Source: Chlamydiales bacterium (GTDB lineage Bacteria; Chlamydiota; Chlamydiia; Chlamydiales; JBDQID01). From it: a stretch of DNA of 25,632 nucleotides. Shown piece after piece: positions 15,435 through 24,604 of this stretch (within the stretch, counting starts at the first letter, position 1; every line of letters starts with the position of its first letter). A program made the translations under genes and the position numbers. The stretch is taken from positions 1 to 25,632 of the forward strand of contig JBDQID010000001.1 in the NCBI GenBank assembly GCA_040264515.1, given 5' to 3'. The notes beneath the pieces are model-generated. The model saw nothing but the letters and a program-made list of their open reading frames with translations, was not told the DNA's origin and ran no database searches.

Positions 15435-17267
15435 CTAATTGTTATTTGGCCTGTCTTGTGTGGGTGATACTGTTTGGATAAAGCCGATAGCGATAAGAAC
15501 CATTTGGGAGGCCATAAATGAAAAAAGCCAAAATAAAGAGCCGTCCATAAAGCCGTAGGAATGAAGACCAACACCTAGCATATTTACTCCGAACCACGAA
15601 AAGCTTGTGAGAATGTTCCCAAAGATAGCAAGGAGCATGATACGCTCTTTTCTTACAAGGTTTCCCCAGTGAGAATGAAGAATAATCGCGTTCCATAGCA
15701 CAAGCATTAACGCCCCGTTCTCTTTTGGATCCCATCCCCAAAAACGCCCCCAAGATTGATCTGCCCAAATACCGCCGAGCACTGTTCCGACAAAGCTAAA
15801 AAGAGTGCTAAAGCAGATAATACCGTAGACAATATGAAAAAAAGAGCATTTGGTCTCTTTATCTAAAGTAGGAGAGAAAAATCCTCTTATAACGTATCCA
15901 CACGCAATGAATCCGGCAAGAAAAGCGGAGCTATATCCGAAAGTAATGGTAACAACATGTGTACTAAGCCAGAAGTTTGAATTGAGAACAGCTCGCATTG
16001 CCTCCATTGTATCACCATCGGATGCTAGGTGGTGGGCGATGATAAGCGTCAAAGAGCCAATGACAGAAGATATACAAGAAGCGATACCGTTTTTAAATAG
16101 CCTTTCGATAACTACACTAAGGGCCACAGCACCCCAGCCAACAAAGATCGCGGATGAGTAGAGATTGGTAACGGGCGGACGCTCTTCGATGAGCATACGG
16201 GATACAAGCCCTATAGTATGAATCAGAAATGCGACTAGAAGAAGGTAGTAGCTCAATTGCCGAAGCTTCTTTGGTAAAAAAAGCCAAGAGAGCATAAAGG
16301 TTGCAAAAGAGCTGATGTATAAAAGAATACTTAAGAAAAAAGGCTGAAAGTCGTTAAATAAATTCTCAAGCGCAACACGGCGTGTATTCTCTTTGGCTTG
16401 GGCTTTGATAATCCCAAGATGTTGGTACAAATTTGAATTAAAAGTTGCACTATCTTTTTTTCTAAAAGCGTCGATCATTTGTAAGATATGATCCATTCCG
16501 GGATGGTTTCTTTTCTCAGAAATATCGAGAATAGCCTCTCCCATACTTTGCCAAGCTTTGTTTGCTAAGCGAGGATAGAGTGGAGAAAACTGCGCAGCTC
16601 CTGCCATGAATTCATAGCGCTGCCAAAACCATTGGAGAAGATTTTGATCGTGTTCATCGATTTTATCTCTTTGGCTTTCATCTTGTAAAAGAGGCAAGAT
16701 AAGGCGTACTCCTTCTTGAAAAGCGTGCACCTCTTCGATCGGATCATCGGAGGCTGCTACAAAAAGAGTGTGGCTGAGTCCAGAGTATAAAATAAGCTTT
16801 TCCCACAGATTGATAACACCCATTTGGTAGCTATCGCGAGCACTGCTTTCGATACCATTTGCGTGAATAGCTTGTTGACGAATAGTTTCAAGGTAGGGCT
16901 CAACGTCGTTATAGGAGAACTGCTTTCTCTCGTGTGGCCTTTGCTCTATCAAGGTTTGAATATCTGGATGATCAATACGAAACACTTCGAAGTGAGCAGA
17001 TCTGCTGGCATCCATGCAAAGTGTTGCAAGCCATTCGATGGGCTCTACGGCTTTGTCCTTATCGTAAAGAGTTTGATTTTCTCGGAGTTGTAAAAGAGAG
17101 TTCCTTGCAACAGTATCTAACGGCTTAACTCGTCCTTGGTGTTGTACAGGAACTGTTTTTAAGGCGTTGTAGTCAAATTCAGAGTTGTTTTTTGGCTGTA
17201 AGAGATACCCCCATACGAAAAGTATCAGAGTCAGTAGTAGCAAAAAAGAAGGAAGCGATTTTTTCAT
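15435..17267 (-). CDS. ccsA: Cytochrome c biogenesis protein CcsA/ResC (System II heme lyase), long form
   Basis: WWD-domain motif GGIWADQSWGRFWGWDPKE, RPPVTNLY, WLSTHV, and GVNMLGVGLHSY; large periplasmic N-terminal region starting PVQHQGRVKPLDT. Confidence 0.92.
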   Translation of the reverse strand: MKKSLPSFLLLLTLILFVWGYLLQPKNNSEFDYNALKTVPVQHQGRVKPLDTVARNSLLQLRENQTLYDKDKAVEPIEWLATLCMDASRSAHFEVFRIDHPDIQTLIEQRPHERKQFSYNDVEPYLETIRQQAIHANGIESSARDSYQMGVINLWEKLILYSGLSHTLFVAASDDPIEEVHAFQEGVRLILPLLQDESQRDKIDEHDQNLLQWFWQRYEFMAGAAQFSPLYPRLANKAWQSMGEAILDISEKRNHPGMDHILQMIDAFRKKDSATFNSNLYQHLGIIKAQAKENTRRVALENLFNDFQPFFLSILLYISSFATFMLSWLFLPKKLRQLSYYLLLVAFLIHTIGLVSRMLIEERPPVTNLYSSAIFVGWGAVALSVVIERLFKNGIASCISSVIGSLTLIIAHHLASDGDTMEAMRAVLNSNFWLSTHVVTITFGYSSAFLAGFIACGYVIRGFFSPTLDKETKCSFFHIVYGIICFSTLFSFVGTVLGGIWADQSWGRFWGWDPKENGALMLVLWNAIILHSHWGNLVRKERIMLLAIFGNILTSFSWFGVNMLGVGLHSYGFMDGSLFWLFSFMASQMVLIAIGFIQTVSPTQDRPNNN

Positions 17268-18388
17268 TAACGGCGCCTCGCAAAGCTGAAAAAGCTGGTA
17301 AGAAATTGGATCAGTAGACCAGCGCTTACAAGAGCTGATGAAATATAGGGCGCAGCTTTCACGGGGTTATCAACGACTTGTAAAACAGAGAGAGTGTCGT
17401 TCTCTCCATAGCTTGCTTGATAGAAGGTTTTACCTTGGTAGTACAAGGGCTGGTTCATCGAAATTAAAACAGAGCGTTCGAATTCTCCATCAGCATTGAA
17501 AAGAGTGACTTGGCTTGCAAAACTTTCCGGAATATTTGTTCCTGGATGCTTTGTATGAATAAATTCATTCAATTGAAGTGAGAACGGGTGGTAGTGACGC
17601 TGTTGCCGTATTTGTATTTTGTAGTGAGAAAACGATTGTGCTTCTGGAATAGCATTGGAGAGCAGCCATGTGCCAATTGAGGAGTCATCTTTATTGAGAA
17701 TTTCAACATAGGCGGAAAGTGTATTGAGACGGTCATCTTTGGTAACCGCAGGAAGGGCGCGTGCGAAGACTCTTGTTCCAACACCTTGGTTTGCGAGACT
17801 ACTTTGCGCCTCTTGTAAACGTTCTAAGTGTGAGTTCGCATATGCTTGTTTGATTTTTATTTTAAGAGGGGAGTGAGGTAGGTCATAACTCTTTCCTGTA
17901 ACAAGAAGTGATTGTGGTATGGCAATCACTTGCTCCAATTCTTCGTCAGATTCATCTATAATCACAAGCTCCATTTCTCTAAAACTATTCGAGAAATTAG
18001 AAACCTCTCCTACATTGAGTGGCATCTGACTCTCAACAGAAGAAATCCCCGTAATAATTTCTCCGACAACAAGAAATATAAGTCCAAAATGGATCACAAG
18101 AATCCCCATTCCTTTTAGCCTAAGGCGGAACCGAGAAAATGTTGCGGAGACAATACTTATAAGTAAAAGAGAGGCAAAAAAATAACCTCCGGGAAAAATA
18201 GGAACGAAGACGCCTTCAGCCAGCTGAAGAGAAACAACCCATGTCTGAAAGTATTTTGCTTGAGCAATATAGATTCCAGTGGATGCTTGCTCCATCGTTC
18301 CCATAAAAACTAGGAGTAATCCTCCGATCAGAGAGAATACTGTAAGATACATCGAGGAGAGCCAGCGGAAAAATCTTTGAAGTTGCAT
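17267..18388 (-). CDS. resB: Cytochrome c biogenesis protein ResB/Ccs1 (System II)
   Basis: N-terminal TM helices, VIHFGLIFLVVG, C-terminal PFSLQLNEF..H.H, ISMNQPLYYQGKTFYQASY and VDNP. Its stop overlaps the ccsA start (TAATG). Start placed at ATG 18388 (AAGGA RBS); the track start is 18442. Confidence 0.85.
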   Translation of the reverse strand: MQLQRFFRWLSSMYLTVFSLIGGLLLVFMGTMEQASTGIYIAQAKYFQTWVVSLQLAEGVFVPIFPGGYFFASLLLISIVSATFSRFRLRLKGMGILVIHFGLIFLVVGEIITGISSVESQMPLNVGEVSNFSNSFREMELVIIDESDEELEQVIAIPQSLLVTGKSYDLPHSPLKIKIKQAYANSHLERLQEAQSSLANQGVGTRVFARALPAVTKDDRLNTLSAYVEILNKDDSSIGTWLLSNAIPEAQSFSHYKIQIRQQRHYHPFSLQLNEFIHTKHPGTNIPESFASQVTLFNADGEFERSVLISMNQPLYYQGKTFYQASYGENDTLSVLQVVDNPVKAAPYISSALVSAGLLIQFLTSFFSFARRR

Positions 18389-18465
18389 ATTTATCCTTAC
18401 GAAGAATCTACGAATCTTATTAAAATGCAGAGTTCCAATCAATGCACAACTTTAGGCCTTTTTTA

Positions 18466-18927
18466 ATGGAGAAAATTTTTTGCGTCAGCGCTTTTATTAT
18501 TAAGATGGAAAAAGAACAGGCGCGTTACTTGCTCATAAGGCGCTGTGGAAAGCTTCTTCATGGGAATTGGCAGATGGTTAGTGGTAAGGTTGAAGAGGGA
18601 GAGACCGCTTGGGAGGCAGCTCTACGAGAGATCAAGGAAGAGACAGGTCTTCTTCCCGATAGTTTTTATGCAGCAGACTTTGTGGAGACTTTTTATCAGA
18701 CGGAATACGACGCCGTTCTTTCTGTTCCTGTGTTTGTAGCTTTTGTTAGCTCGTCACAAGAAATCAAGTTGTCTCCTAGCGAGCACGACGCTTATAAGTG
18801 GCTTAGCTATGAAGAGGCGCTCAGCTATTTAGAGTTTTCAACTCAAAGAGATGGAATCCGTCACGTGAACGAGCAGTTTATACAGCGTAATCCCAATAAA
18901 CGTCTCTCTATTTCGTTTATGAAATAG
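18466..18927 (+). CDS. Nudix hydrolase (NudB/dihydroneopterin triphosphate diphosphatase-like)
   Basis: Complete Nudix box GKVEEGETAWEAALREIKEETGL, WQMVSG, and SEHDAYKW. Start is 18466 or 18442. Confidence 0.85.
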   Translation: MEKIFCVSAFIIKMEKEQARYLLIRRCGKLLHGNWQMVSGKVEEGETAWEAALREIKEETGLLPDSFYAADFVETFYQTEYDAVLSVPVFVAFVSSSQEIKLSPSEHDAYKWLSYEEALSYLEFSTQRDGIRHVNEQFIQRNPNKRLSISFMK

Positions 18928-20308
18928 TGCATGAGCCAGTAGGGGAGTTGTCAGCAGCTTCTTGTACAGCCTCTGTTGTTATATCTGCTGCTGTAACAGA
19001 AACAAATGTATCCTCTTCACTACTACTGCTGCTGAGATCGACATCTTCTAGCGGTAGTGTATATGAGACTCTTTGAAGAAGAGGCTTTAATAGTTTTTCT
19101 TCTAGTCCCTCAGAAAGGAGTTTATCGAAAAAATCATTTGCAAGTTTTATAAGTTGCTCAAGGTTTTTAGGAGAGCTGTTGTCCATTTTATATTGAGCGT
19201 TTGTTTTAAGCGTTAGTTGCATTCTTAAATAGCTGACATTTCGCGATTCTTCTAATCTTTTTAGCTGTTTATTAACAGTGTATGAATTCGCGTTCATTAG
19301 AAGATTTACGATGTGTGGTGCCCACTGTCCTATACCTGCATTGTAGGGTTCAGTCGTGGCCAGTGGTTTTTCGGCTAGAGTTCCAGTTCCAATTGAGAGG
19401 ATAAAGACTTTTCTGTTTTTGAGATTGCGTCTCTCAAGCAGTTCCCAATAAGCTTCTTCAGCAGGATTGTTTGCAAATGTTCCACCATCCACGAGATTAT
19501 AAATTTTATTGGAAGTACTGTTCTCTTTGACGACTTTTGAGGGGAAGTAGGTAGGAGCTGCAGATGATGCCCTTGCTACATCGGCAATAAGTGGGCCCTT
19601 TGCTTGTCTTGGGCCACTTTTTGACTCTCCGGTATATGTTCTATCTTCTTTTATATGAGTGAATGTATGATCTTGCCAACGAGAAATATCAAAGGAGGGG
19701 ATGACAACATCTTTGAGCAGTTCACTCAGGTGAGAGTCAGCAAACTTTTCTTGAAGAGTCTTTTCTAGCTCAGCTGGATCGTATTTTGCTTTCCATAGGC
19801 CATCTCCAGTCCAAAGAGTTCTTTCAAGGGAGGTTGAAAAGATTGCTCCAATGCGCTTTTTATAGAGCTTAACGATGTCTGCTCCGGAGTAGTGTGCACG
19901 TGTTGGGTTTTCGGGATCGGGTTTGGTAAGCCCAAGAGCAATAAGACTCCCAGTGGATGTACCGGCAAAGGCGTCAAATGCCTCAGAGAGTTGGACTTGT
20001 TCTCCTCTTTTTTCTGATAGCCACTGTTCAATTCTATTGACAATTTGAGCGATGATAATACCACGAGTACCTCCACCGTCGGCACTGAAGATGAAAAAAG
20101 GCTCTAAGCCAGGTTTTGTTACATGTGATATTTGGATAGCTTTATGATTAAATGCGCTAAGTTCCGGCGTTAGATTAAAGAGATGATCTTCAAGTTTTTG
20201 AGGAGGTAAGGTGCCGGCTCTTCCATCATCAGACTCTGCTCTATTTTGATAAAGCTGCTCTGGTAGCATGTCAACACTGTAAATATCATCTAACATCCCA
20301 AAAGCCAT
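18917..20308 (-). CDS. Patatin-like phospholipase with N- and C-terminal extensions
   Basis: DGGGTRG oxyanion motif, GTSTG nucleophile elbow, RASSAAPTYF, DGG catalytic Asp and LSIGTG; acidic Ser-rich tail. Confidence 0.92.
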   Translation of the reverse strand: MAFGMLDDIYSVDMLPEQLYQNRAESDDGRAGTLPPQKLEDHLFNLTPELSAFNHKAIQISHVTKPGLEPFFIFSADGGGTRGIIIAQIVNRIEQWLSEKRGEQVQLSEAFDAFAGTSTGSLIALGLTKPDPENPTRAHYSGADIVKLYKKRIGAIFSTSLERTLWTGDGLWKAKYDPAELEKTLQEKFADSHLSELLKDVVIPSFDISRWQDHTFTHIKEDRTYTGESKSGPRQAKGPLIADVARASSAAPTYFPSKVVKENSTSNKIYNLVDGGTFANNPAEEAYWELLERRNLKNRKVFILSIGTGTLAEKPLATTEPYNAGIGQWAPHIVNLLMNANSYTVNKQLKRLEESRNVSYLRMQLTLKTNAQYKMDNSSPKNLEQLIKLANDFFDKLLSEGLEEKLLKPLLQRVSYTLPLEDVDLSSSSSEEDTFVSVTAADITTEAVQEAADNSPTGSCTIS

Positions 20309-20388
20309 CTTCCACCTCTATGTAAATAAAATTTCACATTAAAGGCTGTATGGTTTTTTTTCAAAAAAAATAGAGAGTAGCGGTTGCA

Positions 20389-20428
20389 GGAAAGAAATGT
20401 TATACCAAGATTGGGCAACCTTGGTATA
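20389..20428 (-). terminator. Intrinsic terminator of the pdxS-pdxT operon
   Basis: Perfect 9-bp inverted repeat TATACCAAG (20401-20409)/CTTGGTATA (20420-20428) directly after the pdxT stop; minus-strand tail ACATTTCTTTCC. Confidence 0.55.
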
Positions 20429-20429
20429 T

Positions 20430-21005
20430 CTAAATCGAGGTAAGCTCAAGCAGCTGTTCTATGAAATATTGGTGGATAGTTGGGCTCTCAGAGAGCTCTG
20501 GATGAAAAGTTGCGCCAAGGTGGTGTCCTTGTTGGACAAGAATTGGCTGGCCTTGATGTCTAGCAAGAACCTTAACCTCAGGGCCACCAGAAATAATTTG
20601 TGGAGCGCGAATGAAGACTGCACTGAAACTTTCTTTGTTAAATGAATTCTCAGAGGAAAACGAATTAACTTGGCGACCGTAAGCGTTGCGCTGAACGGTA
20701 ATATCTAAAAGCTTAAGTGTAGGAAAATCACACGGACCTGAGAGCTCTTTGGCCATTAAAATAAGGCCCGCACACGTTCCGAAAATAGGACGGGAGGTGG
20801 CGAAGGCAAGAACTGCTTCAAAGAGGCCTTCTCGTGCTAACTGCATTGACATCGTTGTTGATTCTCCACCTGGAATAATCAAAGCGTCACACTGCGCCAG
20901 CTCAAGCTTTGTTCTGACTTCTATTGTATTTGCCCCCAAGGAGCTTAGCATTGCACAATGCTTTGCGAACGCTCCTTGGAGGGCTAGGACTCCGATTGTT
21001 TTCAC
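20430..21005 (-). CDS. pdxT: Pyridoxal 5'-phosphate synthase glutaminase subunit
   Basis: IGVLALQGAF, IIPGGESTT, FGTCAGLIL, RNAYGRQ, FIRAP and TFHPE (Cys-His-Glu triad). Start is GTG 21005 or TTG 21017. Confidence 0.95.
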   Translation of the reverse strand: MKTIGVLALQGAFAKHCAMLSSLGANTIEVRTKLELAQCDALIIPGGESTTMSMQLAREGLFEAVLAFATSRPIFGTCAGLILMAKELSGPCDFPTLKLLDITVQRNAYGRQVNSFSSENSFNKESFSAVFIRAPQIISGGPEVKVLARHQGQPILVQQGHHLGATFHPELSESPTIHQYFIEQLLELTSI

Positions 21006-21010
21006 AAAAG

Positions 21011-21898
21011 TTACCAACCTCTAGAAGATAGAAGTTCTTCTTTAGCAAGACTCTCAATGGGGATTCCAATCATGGCATCCAGTAAGCCTTTGGAAATCTC
21101 AGCAAGCTTTACAGGGTCTTGGAAGTGAGTAACCGCTTGAACAATAGCGTCAGCGCGTTTTGCTGGGTCCTTGGATTTAAAGATTCCAGATCCAACAAAT
21201 ACAGTTTGAGCGCCTAGTTTCATCATCAATGCCGCATCAGCAGGCGTGGCGATGCCTCCAGCAGAGAAAAGAGGAACAGGAAGTTGACCTGTTTTGGCGA
21301 TTTGCTCGACGAGGTGAAAAGGGGCTCGGAGCTCTTTTGCTTCTGCCATAAGTTCAGCTTTATCCATTGCTTGAAGACGGCGAAGGCCTCTGTTAATTGA
21401 GCGCATGTGACGTACAGCTTCAACAACATTACCAGTACCAGCCTCACCTTTTGAGCGAATCATAGCAGCACCTTCACCGATACGACGAAGAGCCTCGCCC
21501 AAGTTACAAGCTCCGCATACAAATGGAACTTCGAAGTCTAGCTTGTCGATATGGTTCTCTTCATCAGCAGGTGTTAGCACTTCACTCTCATCAATGAAAT
21601 CAACTTCCATAGCTTGGAGAATTTCAGCTTCGGTGATGTGTCCAATACGGCATTTTGCCATGACAGGGATGGAAACAACATCTTGTATTTTTTCGATGAT
21701 TTCTAAGTTAGACATCCGTGCGATTCCACCGGAAGCTCTGATATCTGAAGGAATGCGCTCTAGGGCCATTACAGCAACAGCACCAGCTTGTTCTGCAATT
21801 TCAGCTTGCTCTGGTGTGGTAACGTCCATGATGACGCCGCCTTTGAGCATTTCTGCAAGGCCGATTTTCAGTTTAAATGGTTCGCTTTTCTTTTCCAT
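21011..21898 (-). CDS. pdxS: Pyridoxal 5'-phosphate synthase lyase subunit
   Basis: [52 protein letters not shown] and [14 protein letters not shown]. Start ATG 21898 with an AAGGA RBS. Confidence 0.97.
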   Translation of the reverse strand: MEKKSEPFKLKIGLAEMLKGGVIMDVTTPEQAEIAEQAGAVAVMALERIPSDIRASGGIARMSNLEIIEKIQDVVSIPVMAKCRIGHITEAEILQAMEVDFIDESEVLTPADEENHIDKLDFEVPFVCGACNLGEALRRIGEGAAMIRSKGEAGTGNVVEAVRHMRSINRGLRRLQAMDKAELMAEAKELRAPFHLVEQIAKTGQLPVPLFSAGGIATPADAALMMKLGAQTVFVGSGIFKSKDPAKRADAIVQAVTHFQDPVKLAEISKGLLDAMIGIPIESLAKEELLSSRGW

Positions 21899-21917
21899 GT
21901 GGTAGATCCTTCGTTCG

Positions 21918-22667
21918 TTATAGGGAAGAAAAAGGATTGGAGGTCTGAGAAAACATCCCGCCTTTTTTCCGTTTTTTGAGCTCTTTTTTAATTGAAAACA
22001 TAAGATCGCGGTCGAAATCTTGATGGGCAGCCCATCCGAGGTATTCAACGGGGATTTCTTTGAAAGGGCGTCCTTTGTGCTTACCTAGAGGCATCTTTTT
22101 TAACTCAACTGGCTTATCGAGCATGTCGAAGAGCTGTTTTGTTGTTTTGTAGGAAGCGGAGAGGTATTTGAAAACTTCAATATTGACAACGACGTCATTC
22201 ATTGCACGGTGAGCGCCTTCAGCTGCGATATTAAAGTGCTTGCGCAAGACTTCTAAGGAGTTAGAAGGCGCCTCGCCGTATGAGCGTGCTAAACGAAGAG
22301 TGTCAATATTTACTTGTGATTTAAGCTTGCACTGGATATTCGCACGTTTTGCAGCAGCCTGGACGATCGCCATATCGTAAGGGATGCCGTGGCCAACAAC
22401 AGTGTGTCTTCCAATAAGTTTGAGGAGCTGAGGAAGAACGTCTTTAATCTTAGGCTTACCCTTAACCATTTCATCTGTAATATGATGAATTGCCATGGAT
22501 TCAGGTGAAATAAGAGTGCCTGGGTCGATTAGAGTTTCAAAAGTTTCAAGAACTTCATCGAATGTAAATTTGACTGCAGCAATTTCGACAATCAAATCTT
22601 CTTCGGGATTTAAGCCTGTTGCTTCACAGTCAAAGCAGACGAAAACTTCTTTGGCGATTAGTCCCAT
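21918..22667 (-). CDS. dnaQ: DEDDh 3'-5' exonuclease (DNA polymerase III epsilon-like) with a C-terminal DUF3820-like domain
   Basis: FDCEATG, HHITD, VGH...YD, DTL.L and HRAMND; C-terminal [17 protein letters not shown]. Confidence 0.85.
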   Translation of the reverse strand: MGLIAKEVFVCFDCEATGLNPEEDLIVEIAAVKFTFDEVLETFETLIDPGTLISPESMAIHHITDEMVKGKPKIKDVLPQLLKLIGRHTVVGHGIPYDMAIVQAAAKRANIQCKLKSQVNIDTLRLARSYGEAPSNSLEVLRKHFNIAAEGAHRAMNDVVVNIEVFKYLSASYKTTKQLFDMLDKPVELKKMPLGKHKGRPFKEIPVEYLGWAAHQDFDRDLMFSIKKELKKRKKGGMFSQTSNPFSSL

Positions 22668-23269
22668 AAGAACTCCTGAATTTTGCTGATAAGTTGTGAT
22701 CGACCGATATTCTTAGTTGCGGAATAGTGAACAAAGGGGATTTCTGGATTATCAAGTTTTTTAATGATTTTTTGTGTGTTAGCTCGTTTCTCGTTTTGTT
22801 TTACTTTATCGGTTTTTGTCAAAACTAAGATTAAAGGGATCTCATAATACTCAGCCCACTCTAAAAAGCAAAGATCTTCTTTATTTGGAATACGGCGAAT
22901 GTCTAATAAAAAAAGGAGAAGTTTTAAGGTTGGGCGGTTCTCAAGGTAAGATTTCGCCATCGGTCCCCACTGCTTTTTTATTTTTTCGGGGACTTTTGCA
23001 TAGCCGTATCCGGGAAGGTCTACGAAGGCCATTTCGTCGTTGAGAGTGAAAAAGTTTAGAGCTTGTGTTTTACCGGGAGTCGAAGAGGTCTTTACCATTT
23101 TTTTTCTGGCAAAAAGGTGATTCAATAACGCAGATTTCCCGACGTTAGAGCGGCCGACAACGGCGATTTCAGTAAGTGGTGTTCCAGATTGAGTGGCGAG
23201 CTTGGGATAATCTTTTGGCCAGACAGCTGTTTTTATAAATTTCGGATTGATAAAACGTGCTTTACTCAT
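22658..23269 (-). CDS. engB: Ribosome biogenesis GTPase EngB/YihA/YsxC
   Basis: GRSNVGKS, SSTPGKT, VDLPGYGYAKV and TKTDK. Confidence 0.95.
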   Translation of the reverse strand: MSKARFINPKFIKTAVWPKDYPKLATQSGTPLTEIAVVGRSNVGKSALLNHLFARKKMVKTSSTPGKTQALNFFTLNDEMAFVDLPGYGYAKVPEKIKKQWGPMAKSYLENRPTLKLLLFLLDIRRIPNKEDLCFLEWAEYYEIPLILVLTKTDKVKQNEKRANTQKIIKKLDNPEIPFVHYSATKNIGRSQLISKIQEFLWD

Positions 23270-23694
23270 TAAAGATCCCAGGAAGAAACCGTAATATGGC
23301 GGCTTTCGTCTTTTTGGTGGTTGATTGTAACGGCGATTTTATTGGAAGGCAGAATCTCTTCGATGCGTTCTGCCCACTCTATGCAGCAGATGCCTTGCTC
23401 GAAATACTCATCGAAGCCAAGACTTAAGAACTCATCTGCACAGGAGAGACGATAGAGGTCGAAGTGGTAGACAGTATTGTCTCCCTCGTAAATATTCATA
23501 TAAACAAAAGTTGGGCTGCAGACATCGTCTTCTGCATACCCTGAAACCCCTGCGATCAAGCCTTTGATGAATGTTGTCTTTCCAGCCGCTAAATCACCGT
23601 AAAAGACAACAACACATCCTTTGCTTAACTGCTTCCCAAGGTTGAATCCGACCTCGGATGTTTCCTCGGGAGTGTGGGTAACCTTCTCGAACAT
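23269..23694 (-). CDS. tsaE: tRNA t6A biosynthesis ATPase TsaE
   Basis: GDLAAGKTTF, SPTF, YHFDLYRL and IEWAE. Confidence 0.95.
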   Translation of the reverse strand: MFEKVTHTPEETSEVGFNLGKQLSKGCVVVFYGDLAAGKTTFIKGLIAGVSGYAEDDVCSPTFVYMNIYEGDNTVYHFDLYRLSCADEFLSLGFDEYFEQGICCIEWAERIEEILPSNKIAVTINHQKDESRHITVSSWDL

Positions 23695-23696
23695 GG

Positions 23697-24470
23697 CTAC
23701 TCAGCAGAATCCGAAACATCAAGCACTTCAGCTTCTTCTTCGGCCTCGCCGCTCATATCTACCCAGTTTTCTACATAGGAGATAAAACGATCAAGTTCTG
23801 CCATAGCTTCGACAAAAGCGGTGATGCGATCTTCGTTGAGCTGTCTTTGTAGGAACTCTAAGAACATCGGTTCAATTTCAAAACGGTTTTGATTTTGAAC
23901 TTCAAGGAGTGTCATGGGTTTGATTTGATTTTGTTTAAAATCTTCAATAACAGCAGCTTTACTGTGGAATAGCTTTCCGGAGATTGCAGAGGAGTATACT
24001 GTTTTTGTAAGAGTTTTTTTCTTCTTGGAAATATAGCTTTTGATTACGTCGGGATCTTCGGAAACGAAAAATCGTTTGACGCGTAGACCGTCAACACGTT
24101 CAGCATTCTCAGGGCATTTAGATACCCAGTCATAAATTGCGTCTTGGGGATTTGGGTGCGTGTTGTCGCCGTAAACTTTTCCGGTGAAAGGGCAGATGTA
24201 AATTTTCGTGGTAAGCTCATTGACAGCTTCTGTTCCAACGCCAATTTTAATCTGAGTTTCTCTCCAGAGTCGGTTGCTGTTGCCTAGAATATGAGTTGCC
24301 TCTTCTAGGCTACGGAAGATCATCTTTTCGCGAGGAATGGCAACCGGAGAGACATCAAACTTTTCTTCCACAAAAAAAAGATAAGCGGTAACGAGTTCTG
24401 TTTTTGGATTTGCTTGAAGGAAATCTATCAACGTGCGTTGAATTTCTTCTGATATGACAATGTTTGCCAT
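23697..24470 (-). CDS. Conserved chlamydial hypothetical protein (DUF2709-like)
   Basis: KIYICPFTGKVYGDNTHPNPQDAIYDWVSKCPEN motif and its position next to tsaE. The family name is recalled, not searched. Confidence 0.7.
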   Translation of the reverse strand: MANIVISEEIQRTLIDFLQANPKTELVTAYLFFVEEKFDVSPVAIPREKMIFRSLEEATHILGNSNRLWRETQIKIGVGTEAVNELTTKIYICPFTGKVYGDNTHPNPQDAIYDWVSKCPENAERVDGLRVKRFFVSEDPDVIKSYISKKKKTLTKTVYSSAISGKLFHSKAAVIEDFKQNQIKPMTLLEVQNQNRFEIEPMFLEFLQRQLNEDRITAFVEAMAELDRFISYVENWVDMSGEAEEEAEVLDVSDSAE

Positions 24471-24604
24471 TAATAACCTCGATATGTATGAATTTGACTT
24501 ATTAAAATAGCTTGAACCTTAATTAAAAATCAAGGCAAAAGCTTGTCTTTTTCCCCTTTTATTGCTATTCTATCCTATTGATTGTCGAAGCGTTGGAACG
24601 AACT

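Noticed and set aside
21899-22048. 50-aa N-terminal extension of pdxS in the track
   Set aside because: It overlaps the dnaQ 3' end; PdxS homology and an RBS begin at ATG 21898.
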